The notes under the pieces are model-generated. The model saw only the letters and a list, made by a program, of their open reading frames with translations, ran no database searches and was not told the origin of the DNA. Positions 28,211-37,795 of a stretch of 64,000 nt of DNA are shown here, piece after piece. The stretch is taken from positions 32,001-96,000 of IMG/VR virus record IMGVR_UViG_3300005077_000489. The stretch is one strand, 5' to 3'. The position numbers and the translations under genes are program-made. The stretch comes from a virus. Its lineage: Duplodnaviria > Caudoviricetes. Within the stretch, counting starts at the first letter, position 1. Every line of letters begins with the position of its first letter.

Positions 28211-29281
28211 ATGGATCTTGAAAAGAAACGTAGACTTTTTCAAGCGACCGCGGAAGACACACCCGAAGGTAGGAAAGCTTTCAGGGCGTTTGCTGCCTCT
28301 CTGACTGGCCCGATTCTGAAGGGACTTGAAGAGCAATCTTATATGCGAAGTCTTTTTACAGTCGAGAGGTTGGGACCGGGTGCCCAGCCCACATACCCTA
28401 TCGCTGATGAATTTGATAGCCCAATTTGGATTTTACCCCATATTGGGTATGTAGCACAAGACTACATCGAATACATAGCGGAAGAGGTATCAATTCCTAC
28501 CTTTACTGTGCAAGCCGCCAAAGATTGGTTGCTTAGATATGCACGTGAAGGACGTACTGACGTTGTTCAAAGAGCTCAACAGGCTGTTTCTAAGTCGTTG
28601 GCATCTTATGAGGAAGAAGCAGGTTGGAGAACTATCATACCTGCGGCTACTTCTGCATTTAATGGTGCAGGGGTTCTTCCGCCTAGGCCAGCTCCTATTT
28701 ATGAAATGGCTGCGGGCGACCCAGCTTCGGGTTATCTTTCTAAAGAGCTCTTAAATAGAATGATTGTCGGTATGCAACGCTTAGGCCGTAATCTACAGGA
28801 GCTTTGGATTTCTCCTGAAGATATGGCTGATATTCGCGAGTACACTGATATTGATGTTGATCAGGTTACTCGCAGGGAGATTTTCCAAGCTGCTGGTTTA
28901 GGTAGCATTTGGGGAGTTCGCTTTAGAGTGGTGGATGCATTAGGTGTCCGCGGAAAATATAATATCAATGACAAAACATCTGAGTATGGTCCTTTTAAGG
29001 GCAACGCCGGTTCTAATGCTTATAATGATTATACTATCAGTAATGGTAACATTGTTGATATAAATGGTAATCTTTCGACAGCAGGCGAGACTCAGATTTA
29101 TGGATTTGATAATTCTGATATTTCTTTGGTTATGCCTATTAAGCAGGAGTACCAAGCATTTGATGACCCAACCCTACATCGTAAACAGAAACAAGGTTTC
29201 TATGGATGGATGGAGTTTGGTATGGCTTGTCTAGATGCAAGGTTCCTTTGCATGGCAGTAATCGACAGATATACTCCATAA
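28211..29281 (+). CDS. Major capsid protein (HK97 fold, probable)
   Basis: 356 aa after scaffold/decoration; LFTVERLGPGAQPTYPI and QKQGFYGWMEFGMACLD segments. Confidence 0.75.
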   Translation: MDLEKKRRLFQATAEDTPEGRKAFRAFAASLTGPILKGLEEQSYMRSLFTVERLGPGAQPTYPIADEFDSPIWILPHIGYVAQDYIEYIAEEVSIPTFTVQAAKDWLLRYAREGRTDVVQRAQQAVSKSLASYEEEAGWRTIIPAATSAFNGAGVLPPRPAPIYEMAAGDPASGYLSKELLNRMIVGMQRLGRNLQELWISPEDMADIREYTDIDVDQVTRREIFQAAGLGSIWGVRFRVVDALGVRGKYNINDKTSEYGPFKGNAGSNAYNDYTISNGNIVDINGNLSTAGETQIYGFDNSDISLVMPIKQEYQAFDDPTLHRKQKQGFYGWMEFGMACLDARFLCMAVIDRYTP

Positions 29282-29307
29282 GCGGGTAAATAAGGAGGTA
29301 CTAAACT

Positions 29308-29511
29308 ATGTTTTGGTTAGATCGTTCTGGAAAAACCCGCAAGACTGAAGTGACCGGATGGAAGTCTGGTCTACGACAAGGTCATTGGGGGAAATATGGA
29401 AATTGGGTTATGTTTAATTTGAACCCACTTACACAAGAAGTGGTTGTTTCAGATGAAGCAGTTTATATGGGAGATGGTGAATACTGGACGTGGCATATAC
29501 GCTGGTCCTGA
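29308..29511 (+). CDS. Small Trp-rich hypothetical protein
   Basis: AAGGAGG RBS, 67 aa. Confidence 0.6.
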   Translation: MFWLDRSGKTRKTEVTGWKSGLRQGHWGKYGNWVMFNLNPLTQEVVVSDEAVYMGDGEYWTWHIRWS

Positions 29512-29563
29512 TTCATTAATATATTCAATAACTTATATTAATTTATTAAAGTAAATTATAGTT

Positions 29564-29590
29564 AGGGGGACATATTTGTCCCCCTTTTTG
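29564..29590 (+). terminator. Rho-independent terminator after the capsid genes
   Basis: AGGGGGAC-atattt-GTCCCCCT followed by a T run. Confidence 0.8.
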
Positions 29591-29656
29591 TTTAACCTGT
29601 AATAACTTTCCTTCTAACTTCTTGTAGGAACTGTAACCGTTAGGAGGATTTTTATT

Positions 29657-30058
29657 ATGTCAAACGATTTTAATGATCTAGACAATAAGCCAGTAAAGAA
29701 AGACAAGGCTATATGGGAAGTGCCGGATGATGCTCCTAAGTGGCAACACTGGCTTGCTAAGTTTATTAATTCTATTCCTATTGTATTATTTATATTTGTT
29801 ACTTACTATTTAATTAATTTGTTTGGGCAAAATCCTGAATTGGAGGGATACAGAAATGCTTATATGAATTTAGTGGTTAGCACGGTCCCCTATAGTGCTC
29901 TGGCTTTTATAGGCATATTGTCTTTGACTACATGGTTATTTCCTTATTTTAATTATAAACAAATTAAAAATGATGCTCCTATAGTTAGAGCAGCATGCTT
30001 CATTTTTTGGGGCATGGTTTCTTTAGGGGTTGCCATAGTGATAGCAAGTGTAGGTTAA
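29657..30058 (+). CDS. Probable holin
   Basis: Three hydrophobic segments; directly precedes the endolysin. Confidence 0.6.
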   Translation: MSNDFNDLDNKPVKKDKAIWEVPDDAPKWQHWLAKFINSIPIVLFIFVTYYLINLFGQNPELEGYRNAYMNLVVSTVPYSALAFIGILSLTTWLFPYFNYKQIKNDAPIVRAACFIFWGMVSLGVAIVIASVG

Positions 30059-30059
30059 A

Positions 30060-30656
30060 ATGTTTAAGTACGTCTTAGCTATATGTTTTGTATGTACTTT
30101 TTCCTTAGTAACCAAGGTCACCAATCTCGCTATGCCTTACCCTACCCATGGGGAGGAGTCCTCAGTAAATAAAGTTTTGAGTAGGTTGGATTACTATTGT
30201 ACGATGTTAGAAAAAATGGCTGCACCTTATGTGATGCAAAATCAGTGGAAAGACCCTAAGAAGGGTATTGACTGCTCTGGGTCCATGGCTTTTATATTTA
30301 ATAACGCATTAAATGACGTATTTAAGATGTCCGGAATTCCTTTTCCGCGAGTAACTTCTAGAGAAATGGCTAATGGTGCATGGCCCGGTGCAAGAATAAA
30401 GGACAAGATAAAAGCATGGGACTTAGCAACTTTTCCTACTCTAGATTTCTGGACTTATAGTGCCAAGAGACCACAGGGACACACAGCCTTGAATAGGGAG
30501 AAAGAAGGCGAAGATAAGTTGGTATTTGCTGAGGCTTCTTACGGTAAAAAACACTTCAAACGTAGTAACATGTTCAGAGGTAAAGATATTTGGTATAACT
30601 GGAACGGTATACTGATTCCTGAATTAGACCCAGAGAAATGGAGGCTCCAAAAGTGA
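30060..30656 (+). CDS. NlpC/P60-family endolysin with N-terminal signal/anchor
   Basis: GIDCSGSM (Cys), PQGHTAL (His); hydrophobic N-terminus. Confidence 0.7.
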   Translation: MFKYVLAICFVCTFSLVTKVTNLAMPYPTHGEESSVNKVLSRLDYYCTMLEKMAAPYVMQNQWKDPKKGIDCSGSMAFIFNNALNDVFKMSGIPFPRVTSREMANGAWPGARIKDKIKAWDLATFPTLDFWTYSAKRPQGHTALNREKEGEDKLVFAEASYGKKHFKRSNMFRGKDIWYNWNGILIPELDPEKWRLQK

Positions 30657-30967
30657 TATTTGATTCCGGACAGATTATATCCACGCTGGCAGTATTAATG
30701 TTTTGGGTGCTAATCGCGGGCGGCGGCTACCTGTATTCTAAGCTAAAGTATTATGAGTATATAGCTAATACTAAACAAATAAGAATTGAGGAGTTAAAAA
30801 AGGAGTTAGCAGTATCGGAGCAAAAACTATTAAATTGTAATGCACAAGTTGATCTATCTAAAAAAAACTTAAAAGCAATTGAAGCCTATTATAAAAAGAA
30901 AGTTCCCTTCGTGATAACAGGGAAAGAACCGAAAGACGAGGAGTTATTTAACATTGAACCTAAGTAA
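30638..30967 (+). CDS. Probable inner-membrane spanin
   Basis: N-terminal TM helix plus coiled coil; overlaps the lipoprotein gene. Confidence 0.6.
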   Translation: MEAPKVIFDSGQIISTLAVLMFWVLIAGGGYLYSKLKYYEYIANTKQIRIEELKKELAVSEQKLLNCNAQVDLSKKNLKAIEAYYKKKVPFVITGKEPKDEELFNIEPK

Positions 30968-31358
30968 TATTATAATATTATTGGTATGTCTAGTTGTCTT
31001 TACCGGGTGCAAAAGTAATAATGGTTTTGTGAGGAATGAACCAATACCATTACAGCCACAACCTAAACGGGTCGCAGTACATAAAAATGAAGATAAATCG
31101 AAATACCCGAATACTCATTGGATAGAGAAGGACCGGGGTCCTATAAAAATAAAACCCGATGAAAAGGGCGAGGGTCTTTATTGGCGAGCCCCGAAAGAAG
31201 GTGCTATTGCTTGGCCTTATGATTCGTGGGAAGCTTTCTTAAAATCTTATCAGAACTATTTAGATTGGGCAGATAATACAGAAACATTAATTAAAAACTA
31301 TAATGATGCTGTGGAGGGGAAAACTAAAGAAGCGGAAAAACCCTGGTACAGACCATGA
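30954..31358 (+). CDS. Probable outer-membrane spanin lipoprotein
   Basis: Signal peptide with lipobox VFTG-C; Pro-rich mature part. Confidence 0.65.
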   Translation: MNLSNIIILLVCLVVFTGCKSNNGFVRNEPIPLQPQPKRVAVHKNEDKSKYPNTHWIEKDRGPIKIKPDEKGEGLYWRAPKEGAIAWPYDSWEAFLKSYQNYLDWADNTETLIKNYNDAVEGKTKEAEKPWYRP

Positions 31359-31792
31359 GCGAGGAACGTACTACTAAATTATTACATGAGTTAGAAGACC
31401 TTATAGGACTACTAGCACAACAGACAGATAGTCGTGCTACCAATCTCCAAGCTAAGTGGGAAGAAAAGTGGGATAAGTTAGAAAATTCTGTTGATAGTAT
31501 CGCGGATGAAGTATATAAACTAAAGAAGAAAAAATGGGATTGGTTTAAATTTATTGTCATAGGAATTCTGTTAATAGTTGGTATCACGGCATTTGAAACG
31601 TGGCGGGATGGAATGTATAAATTAAGTAGCTTCGACTCTGAGGTTAAGGCACTCAATTCTAAATTTGATGCCTTAAAGGAACGAATTGTTTTTAGAGGCG
31701 ACTTAATCGACAAGATTAGGGAATTGGAGAAGTCAAGGACAAAGGAGATAAAAGAGTTAATAGAGGAGTATCACAAGAAGAAGCCGAAATGA
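31355..31792 (+). CDS. Membrane protein with coiled coils
   Basis: Central TM helix WFKFIVIGILLIVGITAF; ATGA overlaps on both sides. Confidence 0.6.
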   Translation: MSEERTTKLLHELEDLIGLLAQQTDSRATNLQAKWEEKWDKLENSVDSIADEVYKLKKKKWDWFKFIVIGILLIVGITAFETWRDGMYKLSSFDSEVKALNSKFDALKERIVFRGDLIDKIRELEKSRTKEIKELIEEYHKKKPK

Positions 31793-32175
31793 AGATATTA
31801 ATTGTTGAAAATGATGTTATTGTGGGTAAGATATGGAGAAAGTGGCTATCTAGGTTACATGAAGTTAGAAGTGCTGAATCAGCAGCTACCGCTCTAGAGG
31901 CTATAGATGAGGAATTACCTGACTTGGTTATTTTAGATTTACGTCTTAATGGACCAAACCCCGCGTCATCTGGTCTTAGAGTATTTAATTATTTACGAGA
32001 GAAGGCAAATAACATTCCCGTCATATTTATTACAGGGTTAGAATATAATGTAGAATTATATCAAGAAGCGAAAAAGATTAGTGAGAATGATTCTGGTGCT
32101 GGAATAAACACGGAACTTGTTCGGAAGCCTATTTCTATACATAAGTTAACGGAATTAGTTGATAAGGTAGCGTAG
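31789..32175 (+). CDS. Single-domain response regulator (CheY-like receiver)
   Basis: MKILIVEND, LVILDLRL (phospho-Asp), FITG, VRKP. Confidence 0.9.
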   Translation: MKILIVENDVIVGKIWRKWLSRLHEVRSAESAATALEAIDEELPDLVILDLRLNGPNPASSGLRVFNYLREKANNIPVIFITGLEYNVELYQEAKKISENDSGAGINTELVRKPISIHKLTELVDKVA

Positions 32176-35036
32176 TGGACCCACTAACATATATAAATGT
32201 GTTAATTATAGACGACGAAGAAGAAATAGTATCTTTATTTTCTAAGATGCTGTCAAGGTCTACTTTTCCCTTTTTTTCTGTTACTACTTGTTACGATTTG
32301 GAGTATCTTAACTGTAATATTAACAGTAGTGTTGACGTGGTCTTGCTAGATTTGAATCTAAAATCTTCGCGGGGACTAGAAACTTTAAAACGTTTTTTAT
32401 TAATGTGCCCAAAAACCCCAGTTGTCGTTATTACAGGAAGTACAGAAGTAGGTTTAGCCTACGAGTGTTTTCAATTAGGTGTTAGTGACTTCATAATAAA
32501 ACCTAACGTAAGCGATATTCTTTTACAAAAGGTTTGTGTATATTCTATTATTCGTCATAAGGCTTTAGCAGAACTAGAACAAACGCAAGCTAAATTATCT
32601 GGATTCATGGATGCAGCTCCGATAGGGTTAGGTACGGCAGCATACAGAAGAATTATATCTGTAAATTCTTTTCTGTGTAAAATGTTGGGGTATAGCGAGG
32701 AAGAGTTGGTAGGACAAGATGCCAGAATCATATATTCTGATGAGGAGGAATATCAAAGAGTAGGGAATCTAAAGTATAATAATTTTAGAGAGCAGAAAAA
32801 AGTAGCAATAGAGTGCAAGTGGAAAAAGAAAACAGGAGAAATAATAGACATCTATTTGTGTTCAAATTTCATCAATAGTGAGGATTCCTCCGCTAACGTT
32901 ATTTTTACTGCGATGGATATTACAGAGCTTAACGAAGCAAAGAAACAGATAGAGAAGGCGAGGGATAAAGCACAGAATTATTTGAATATTGCTGGAACTA
33001 TGATATTAGCTCTCAATAACAAAGCTGAGGTAGTGCTAATTAATAAAAAGGGATGTGAGATAGTCGGACTACCACAAGAAGAGGTTTTAGGAAAGAATTG
33101 GATAAATAATTTTGTGCCTTTGGAGTCTCGTGAAGAAACCTGGTTAATTTTTAATACCTTAATGTTTTCTAAAGAGGTAATAGAAGACCATGCCCATATA
33201 AACTGGATAGAGTGCAAAGGCGGCGGTAGAAGACTTATAAAGTGGCAAAATACAATAGGTAAGACTAATGGATACATCCTCAGCTCTGGGGAGGACATAA
33301 CTGATGCTCATTATATGCAAGAAGAACTACGTAAGAGCGAAGCAAAATATAGAAGTGTGGTGGAAACTGCGGGCGAAGGAATAATTATAACACAGAATGA
33401 GGTTGTTAAATTAATAAATAAAAGTATTACAGACTTATTTGGATATACTGAAGAGGATATGGTTGGTCATAGTATGTATGAATTCTTACACCCAGATTCT
33501 GTTGATGAAGTCAAGTCTAATCATTTAAAGAGAATGGCGGGGGAGATATTAGATAGTAAGAATTATGTCATAAAGGGTTTTGATAAAAGTAGAAATATTA
33601 AATATGTGGATTACCGAGTAACAACTGTAGATTGGGGAGGTAGCCCTGCCTCCTTGGGTTTTGTTAGTGATATAACCGAGAAGTTGACATTGGAACAGAG
33701 GCAGCATCTTATTATTGATATACTGCGTGTATTAAATGAGCCTTATTCAGGCAAACAAACTGTTAAAACTATTTTGGAGAAAATACGGGAATTTACCGGA
33801 GCCGATGCTGTGGCTATACGTTTAAAAGATGGTCATGATTATCCTTATTTTGTCTACAAAGGGTTTTCTAAAGAATTTATAGATGCAGAAAACTATTTGT
33901 GTAAGTATGGAGCAGACTCGGGGTGCCTAGTTACAGAACCTAGTGGTAAGCCTGTATTAGAGTGTATGTGTGGTTGTGTAATAAGGGGGTATGTGGATAA
34001 GTCCTTGCCTTTTTTTACTGAAAATGGTAGTTTCTGGATCAATGGTTCTACTTCATTACGTCAGATAACACCAAAGGAGCTGATGGGTAACACTAGGAAT
34101 ACGTGCAATACGGAGGGCTACGAATCTATAGCTATAATTCCCTTAAAAGCCGGTGAAGAGATTATTGGTACATTACAGATTAATGATAAGAGGGAATATT
34201 ACTTTAGTAAAGAATTAATAGAGTTTATGGAGCGGCTAGCTGCTAGTATTGGTGTGGCTGTAAAGAGAGTATGGACTGAAGAAGCTTTAACAAGAATAGA
34301 AATTGCTAAGACACAAGATTTACTAGAGGCGTCACGCTTTTTGAATGCAGGAATAGCACATGAACTTAGGACTCCTTTGCAAGCTATATTAAATTCTTTT
34401 GAATACATAAAAACCGTGTCTTCGGAGGAATGTGCCGATCAAGAAAGCCAGTGTAATTGCAAAGCAGAAGTTTCTGAAATAGCTTCAGAGGGTATAGATA
34501 GAACTGATTATGCTATACAAGTGCTTGACTCATTAGCAGAATATTCAAAAATTGCCTCTAGTAGTGAAAAACATTTAATTAACCTTTTTATAGAATTGAA
34601 GACAATATTGACAACTTTAAGGTATACTGACCAGTTTAAGTCATTTACTGACGATACACTTAAATTAGAAGGTAAGCCTATCGGTTGTTCGATTAGAATG
34701 AATCGTGTTGATTTTCAGCAATTAATTGTCAATTTGTGTAAGAACGCCAGAGAGGCAATACAACACGATGACCCTGTCATTGGTATCACATTATACACAG
34801 ATAATAATGATGCCATAATAAGAGTTAGGGATAATGGTAGAGGAATATCACATAAGATAGGTAATAAGATATTTGAGCCATTCTTTTCTACCAAGGATAA
34901 TCCCGAATCACAAAGTCAGGGGCTCGGTCTGGCTATCGTAAAGAATATAGTTACCGCTTATGGAGGAACTGTAGATTATAATAGTCGCCCGGGCGACACG
35001 GAGTTTATAGTTAGATTTCCGTGTGATAAAGAATAG
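32175..35036 (+). CDS. Hybrid sensor histidine kinase (REC-PAS-PAS-PAS-GAF-HisKA-HATPase)
   Basis: REC LIIDDEEE..LLDLNL..IIKP; PAS segments; H box IAHELRTPL; N box NLCKNAREA; G1 DNGRGI; F box IFEPFFSTK; G2 GLGLAIV. Confidence 0.92.
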   Translation: MDPLTYINVLIIDDEEEIVSLFSKMLSRSTFPFFSVTTCYDLEYLNCNINSSVDVVLLDLNLKSSRGLETLKRFLLMCPKTPVVVITGSTEVGLAYECFQLGVSDFIIKPNVSDILLQKVCVYSIIRHKALAELEQTQAKLSGFMDAAPIGLGTAAYRRIISVNSFLCKMLGYSEEELVGQDARIIYSDEEEYQRVGNLKYNNFREQKKVAIECKWKKKTGEIIDIYLCSNFINSEDSSANVIFTAMDITELNEAKKQIEKARDKAQNYLNIAGTMILALNNKAEVVLINKKGCEIVGLPQEEVLGKNWINNFVPLESREETWLIFNTLMFSKEVIEDHAHINWIECKGGGRRLIKWQNTIGKTNGYILSSGEDITDAHYMQEELRKSEAKYRSVVETAGEGIIITQNEVVKLINKSITDLFGYTEEDMVGHSMYEFLHPDSVDEVKSNHLKRMAGEILDSKNYVIKGFDKSRNIKYVDYRVTTVDWGGSPASLGFVSDITEKLTLEQRQHLIIDILRVLNEPYSGKQTVKTILEKIREFTGADAVAIRLKDGHDYPYFVYKGFSKEFIDAENYLCKYGADSGCLVTEPSGKPVLECMCGCVIRGYVDKSLPFFTENGSFWINGSTSLRQITPKELMGNTRNTCNTEGYESIAIIPLKAGEEIIGTLQINDKREYYFSKELIEFMERLAASIGVAVKRVWTEEALTRIEIAKTQDLLEASRFLNAGIAHELRTPLQAILNSFEYIKTVSSEECADQESQCNCKAEVSEIASEGIDRTDYAIQVLDSLAEYSKIASSSEKHLINLFIELKTILTTLRYTDQFKSFTDDTLKLEGKPIGCSIRMNRVDFQQLIVNLCKNAREAIQHDDPVIGITLYTDNNDAIIRVRDNGRGISHKIGNKIFEPFFSTKDNPESQSQGLGLAIVKNIVTAYGGTVDYNSRPGDTEFIVRFPCDKE

Positions 35037-35053
35037 GTTAGGAGGATTTTGTT

Positions 35054-35659
35054 ATGGAGTGTAAAATAAGAAATATTACAAATGGCTACGGCTGGGTCTT
35101 GAAGCACCAAGTAGGACCTAATGAGAGCTTGGATTTAAGAAAGATTTTTGCTGGTTTCTGCCAACCTAAGGTAAGTTCCAGAGAGGATTTAACAAAACTT
35201 AAAGCTGCAGAGAAACGTGGTAGTAAGATTCCATTTAAAGCGGCGTGGTCCCCAGACCAGTTTGATGCATTCGTTGATTGGGTGCAGAATGAGGTTGCTA
35301 CGGATAGGCGTAAATGGGTATTCGAGTTTTCTGATATTGATAACGGGGAGGAGCCGGTTCAAAAGGTAAAGGCTACTAGAGCACCCGTCGATTCTACTAA
35401 GATTAGGAAATCCGAAAACAAAAAATCTACATCGGGGACTAGAGCAGTGAGGCGTAAAATCTCTAAGGATGAATATACGGCTAAGCAAATAGCTTGGTTT
35501 GAATATAACGACCAAAATAAGAAGGTTATATCTGAGTGTAGTGATGTACGCAAATTGAAAATGGCTCTTAAGTTAGCCAGAAATTTAGCGGGTCAAGAGC
35601 GTGTCAGAATATTAATAGAGGAAAGAATAGTAGATTTAGGGACAGAAGGAATTAGTTAA
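35054..35659 (+). CDS. Hypothetical protein (possible head-associated protein)
   Basis: AGGAGG RBS, 201 aa. Confidence 0.55.
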   Translation: MECKIRNITNGYGWVLKHQVGPNESLDLRKIFAGFCQPKVSSREDLTKLKAAEKRGSKIPFKAAWSPDQFDAFVDWVQNEVATDRRKWVFEFSDIDNGEEPVQKVKATRAPVDSTKIRKSENKKSTSGTRAVRRKISKDEYTAKQIAWFEYNDQNKKVISECSDVRKLKMALKLARNLAGQERVRILIEERIVDLGTEGIS

Positions 35660-36219
35660 TGACTCTTGTACCAACAGAGTTTTTGGATGCTTTTACTGAG
35701 GACCAAAGGCAATTAATTAACGATCTAAGTCGTTCAATAAAAATTGGATTGAGTCCAACTAAGGAAGATTGCCCTAATTGCTATTATGATGGTATGGCTG
35801 GGTCCTCAGCAGCTATTCATACATCTTTTGTTGGTTCAATAACTGTTTTTGCCGGGACTGCAGACGAGAGGACTTATACTGCAGTCCCTTTTAATAACAT
35901 ATGCCCAATATGCAGGGGTAAGGGTTACCTAGTTAGTTCTAATGAGAAGACTCTTTCTGCACATGTGTGGTGGTATAGTAACGATAAGGTAGGTCAGAGT
36001 TATCCAGATTCACCCGTAGGTTATTCAGGACAGAATGTTGTTAAAATAAAAAGTCATAGCGATAATTATAGTGACTTCAAAAATGCTCTCTATTTTGTAA
36101 TAGACGGGGTAACAGTGTTGCCTAGTTCTACCCCTGTCCTACGCGGGATGGGTACGTCCGAAGGTATAGTGGAAATCTTTTGTAAAACATCTGACTCCAG
36201 TAAGGATGTAAAGAAGTGA
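35659..36219 (+). CDS. Probable head-tail joining protein with zinc finger
   Basis: CPNC...CPICRGKG; position before neck/tail genes. Confidence 0.5.
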   Translation: MTLVPTEFLDAFTEDQRQLINDLSRSIKIGLSPTKEDCPNCYYDGMAGSSAAIHTSFVGSITVFAGTADERTYTAVPFNNICPICRGKGYLVSSNEKTLSAHVWWYSNDKVGQSYPDSPVGYSGQNVVKIKSHSDNYSDFKNALYFVIDGVTVLPSSTPVLRGMGTSEGIVEIFCKTSDSSKDVKK

Positions 36220-36223
36220 TAAT

Positions 36224-36829
36224 ATGCAGGCTATAAAAGAAATAACGGACGACTTAAAGAAATCGATTTTCGAATATATGCGTTCCGACGGTCCCGGCGG
36301 AATGCGTATCATAAATGCCTTTTTAGATGAATTTAAAGAACTTAGTGACAGATCTCCGCAGGATGATCCGACTAATTTAAAAAATCACATGCCTTTTATT
36401 GTTAAGCATCTAAAAGAAACGTGGGATTCCAGTCTAAATATAGCCGATGATGGAACTATATCTATCGGGGTGTGTAAAGACGAAGTTTTAGGTATAGAGG
36501 AAGATAGAGAAAAACTAAAGCATAATCCTACCCCGATAGTTTGGACAGTTTATTTGATACGTGGTATTGGGGGACGTTACGCTTTTGTAAATCCACAAAC
36601 ATATTTTTTAAAGCATGGTAGTCCTATGCCCCCGCAATACTTTGGTGGATTTCTTATAAACAGAGGAGACTGGGAGAGAGAGGGTTGGAGCGAAGCCGTA
36701 GGATCTTTTGAACAGTATGAGCATCCTGCGTCTGGTGCATCTCCTATACCTTTTTATAAGAATATATTAAGCCGCATAGATTTACGTTCCATAATTGCGG
36801 AGGCTATAGGGGCGGCGGAAAAGAGATGA
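36224..36829 (+). CDS. Probable neck/tail-completion protein
   Basis: Position in the head-tail module only. Confidence 0.4.
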   Translation: MQAIKEITDDLKKSIFEYMRSDGPGGMRIINAFLDEFKELSDRSPQDDPTNLKNHMPFIVKHLKETWDSSLNIADDGTISIGVCKDEVLGIEEDREKLKHNPTPIVWTVYLIRGIGGRYAFVNPQTYFLKHGSPMPPQYFGGFLINRGDWEREGWSEAVGSFEQYEHPASGASPIPFYKNILSRIDLRSIIAEAIGAAEKR

Positions 36830-37623
36830 AATTAACTAGACAAGAAGATATAAGTGTTTATTTATACATAAAGGATATGGTAATAGGACCGCGGTATTAT
36901 GAGTCTACCATAGGAGACTCGTTAACACAAGTAGAAACAAACCTATGGAATATAGATTATGATGAGGAATTGGATATACACCCATTTCAAAGACCCGAAT
37001 ACTCTGGTCTTGGACGTGGCTTGTTATATTTTGATCATTTAGGGGAGACATGTTTGTTTGGTATAGAACAAGTTAGTTCTCTACGAGTGTATCAGGGTGC
37101 CACTGTAGCATCTGGTTATCGTGTTAATTATTTAAAAGGACAAATTGAAACTTCACAGGATTTGAGTAACTATTTGGTAGACTATGAATGGAATTATGTA
37201 GCTGTTATAGATGCGTGGCCTTATGAAGATGTTCCTGCTCTACCTATAATCAGTATAGAAATGCAAAGCGGTGATAAATCACCTCTACAGATAGGTGGCG
37301 GAGATATCAGAAATGCATCCTGGAACCTGGAGATATTTGCTAATAATAAGGGCGAGCGGGATGATCTATTAGATACTATTTATAATGAATTATATTTACG
37401 CAGATGCAGTATATATTCCTTGTCCAAAGGTCTCCCTCTGGATATGAAAGGATTTTATAATTTAGAATTTGATAGTTCTATTAATAATGAATATAAATAT
37501 TTACATTTTGAGAATATAGAGAAACGTCTCACTGGTTTACCACGTTGGGGATTTTATAGTCAGGAACTTATAAACAGATATAGAGCACAAATTACTTTTG
37601 ATACCATTGCCTATAAGTTATAA
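36826..37623 (+). CDS. Probable tail terminator/completion protein
   Basis: LPIISIE...WNLEIFANNKGERDDLLDTI...YRAQITF; precedes the major tail gene. Confidence 0.55.
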   Translation: MKLTRQEDISVYLYIKDMVIGPRYYESTIGDSLTQVETNLWNIDYDEELDIHPFQRPEYSGLGRGLLYFDHLGETCLFGIEQVSSLRVYQGATVASGYRVNYLKGQIETSQDLSNYLVDYEWNYVAVIDAWPYEDVPALPIISIEMQSGDKSPLQIGGGDIRNASWNLEIFANNKGERDDLLDTIYNELYLRRCSIYSLSKGLPLDMKGFYNLEFDSSINNEYKYLHFENIEKRLTGLPRWGFYSQELINRYRAQITFDTIAYKL

Positions 37624-37630
37624 CAATTAT

Positions 37631-37647
37631 TTAACTAACTTTGTTTT
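37631..37647 (+). promoter_or_regulatory. Candidate phage late-promoter motif TTAACTAACTTTGTTTT
   Basis: Matches 17302..17318 (16/17) and the repeat core at 26775. Confidence 0.35.
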
Positions 37648-37795
37648 AAACAGTGAATGAACTTTCTATAAGGAAAGGGATAGGATTTCACCTTGATTAA
37701 TCGATATGGATGTCTATGCCCCCATAGCGTAAAACGTAAGTTTTTTGGCATCCAGTCTATAAATTAGGACCTTTTCGTTAGGAGGAAAAAATAAT

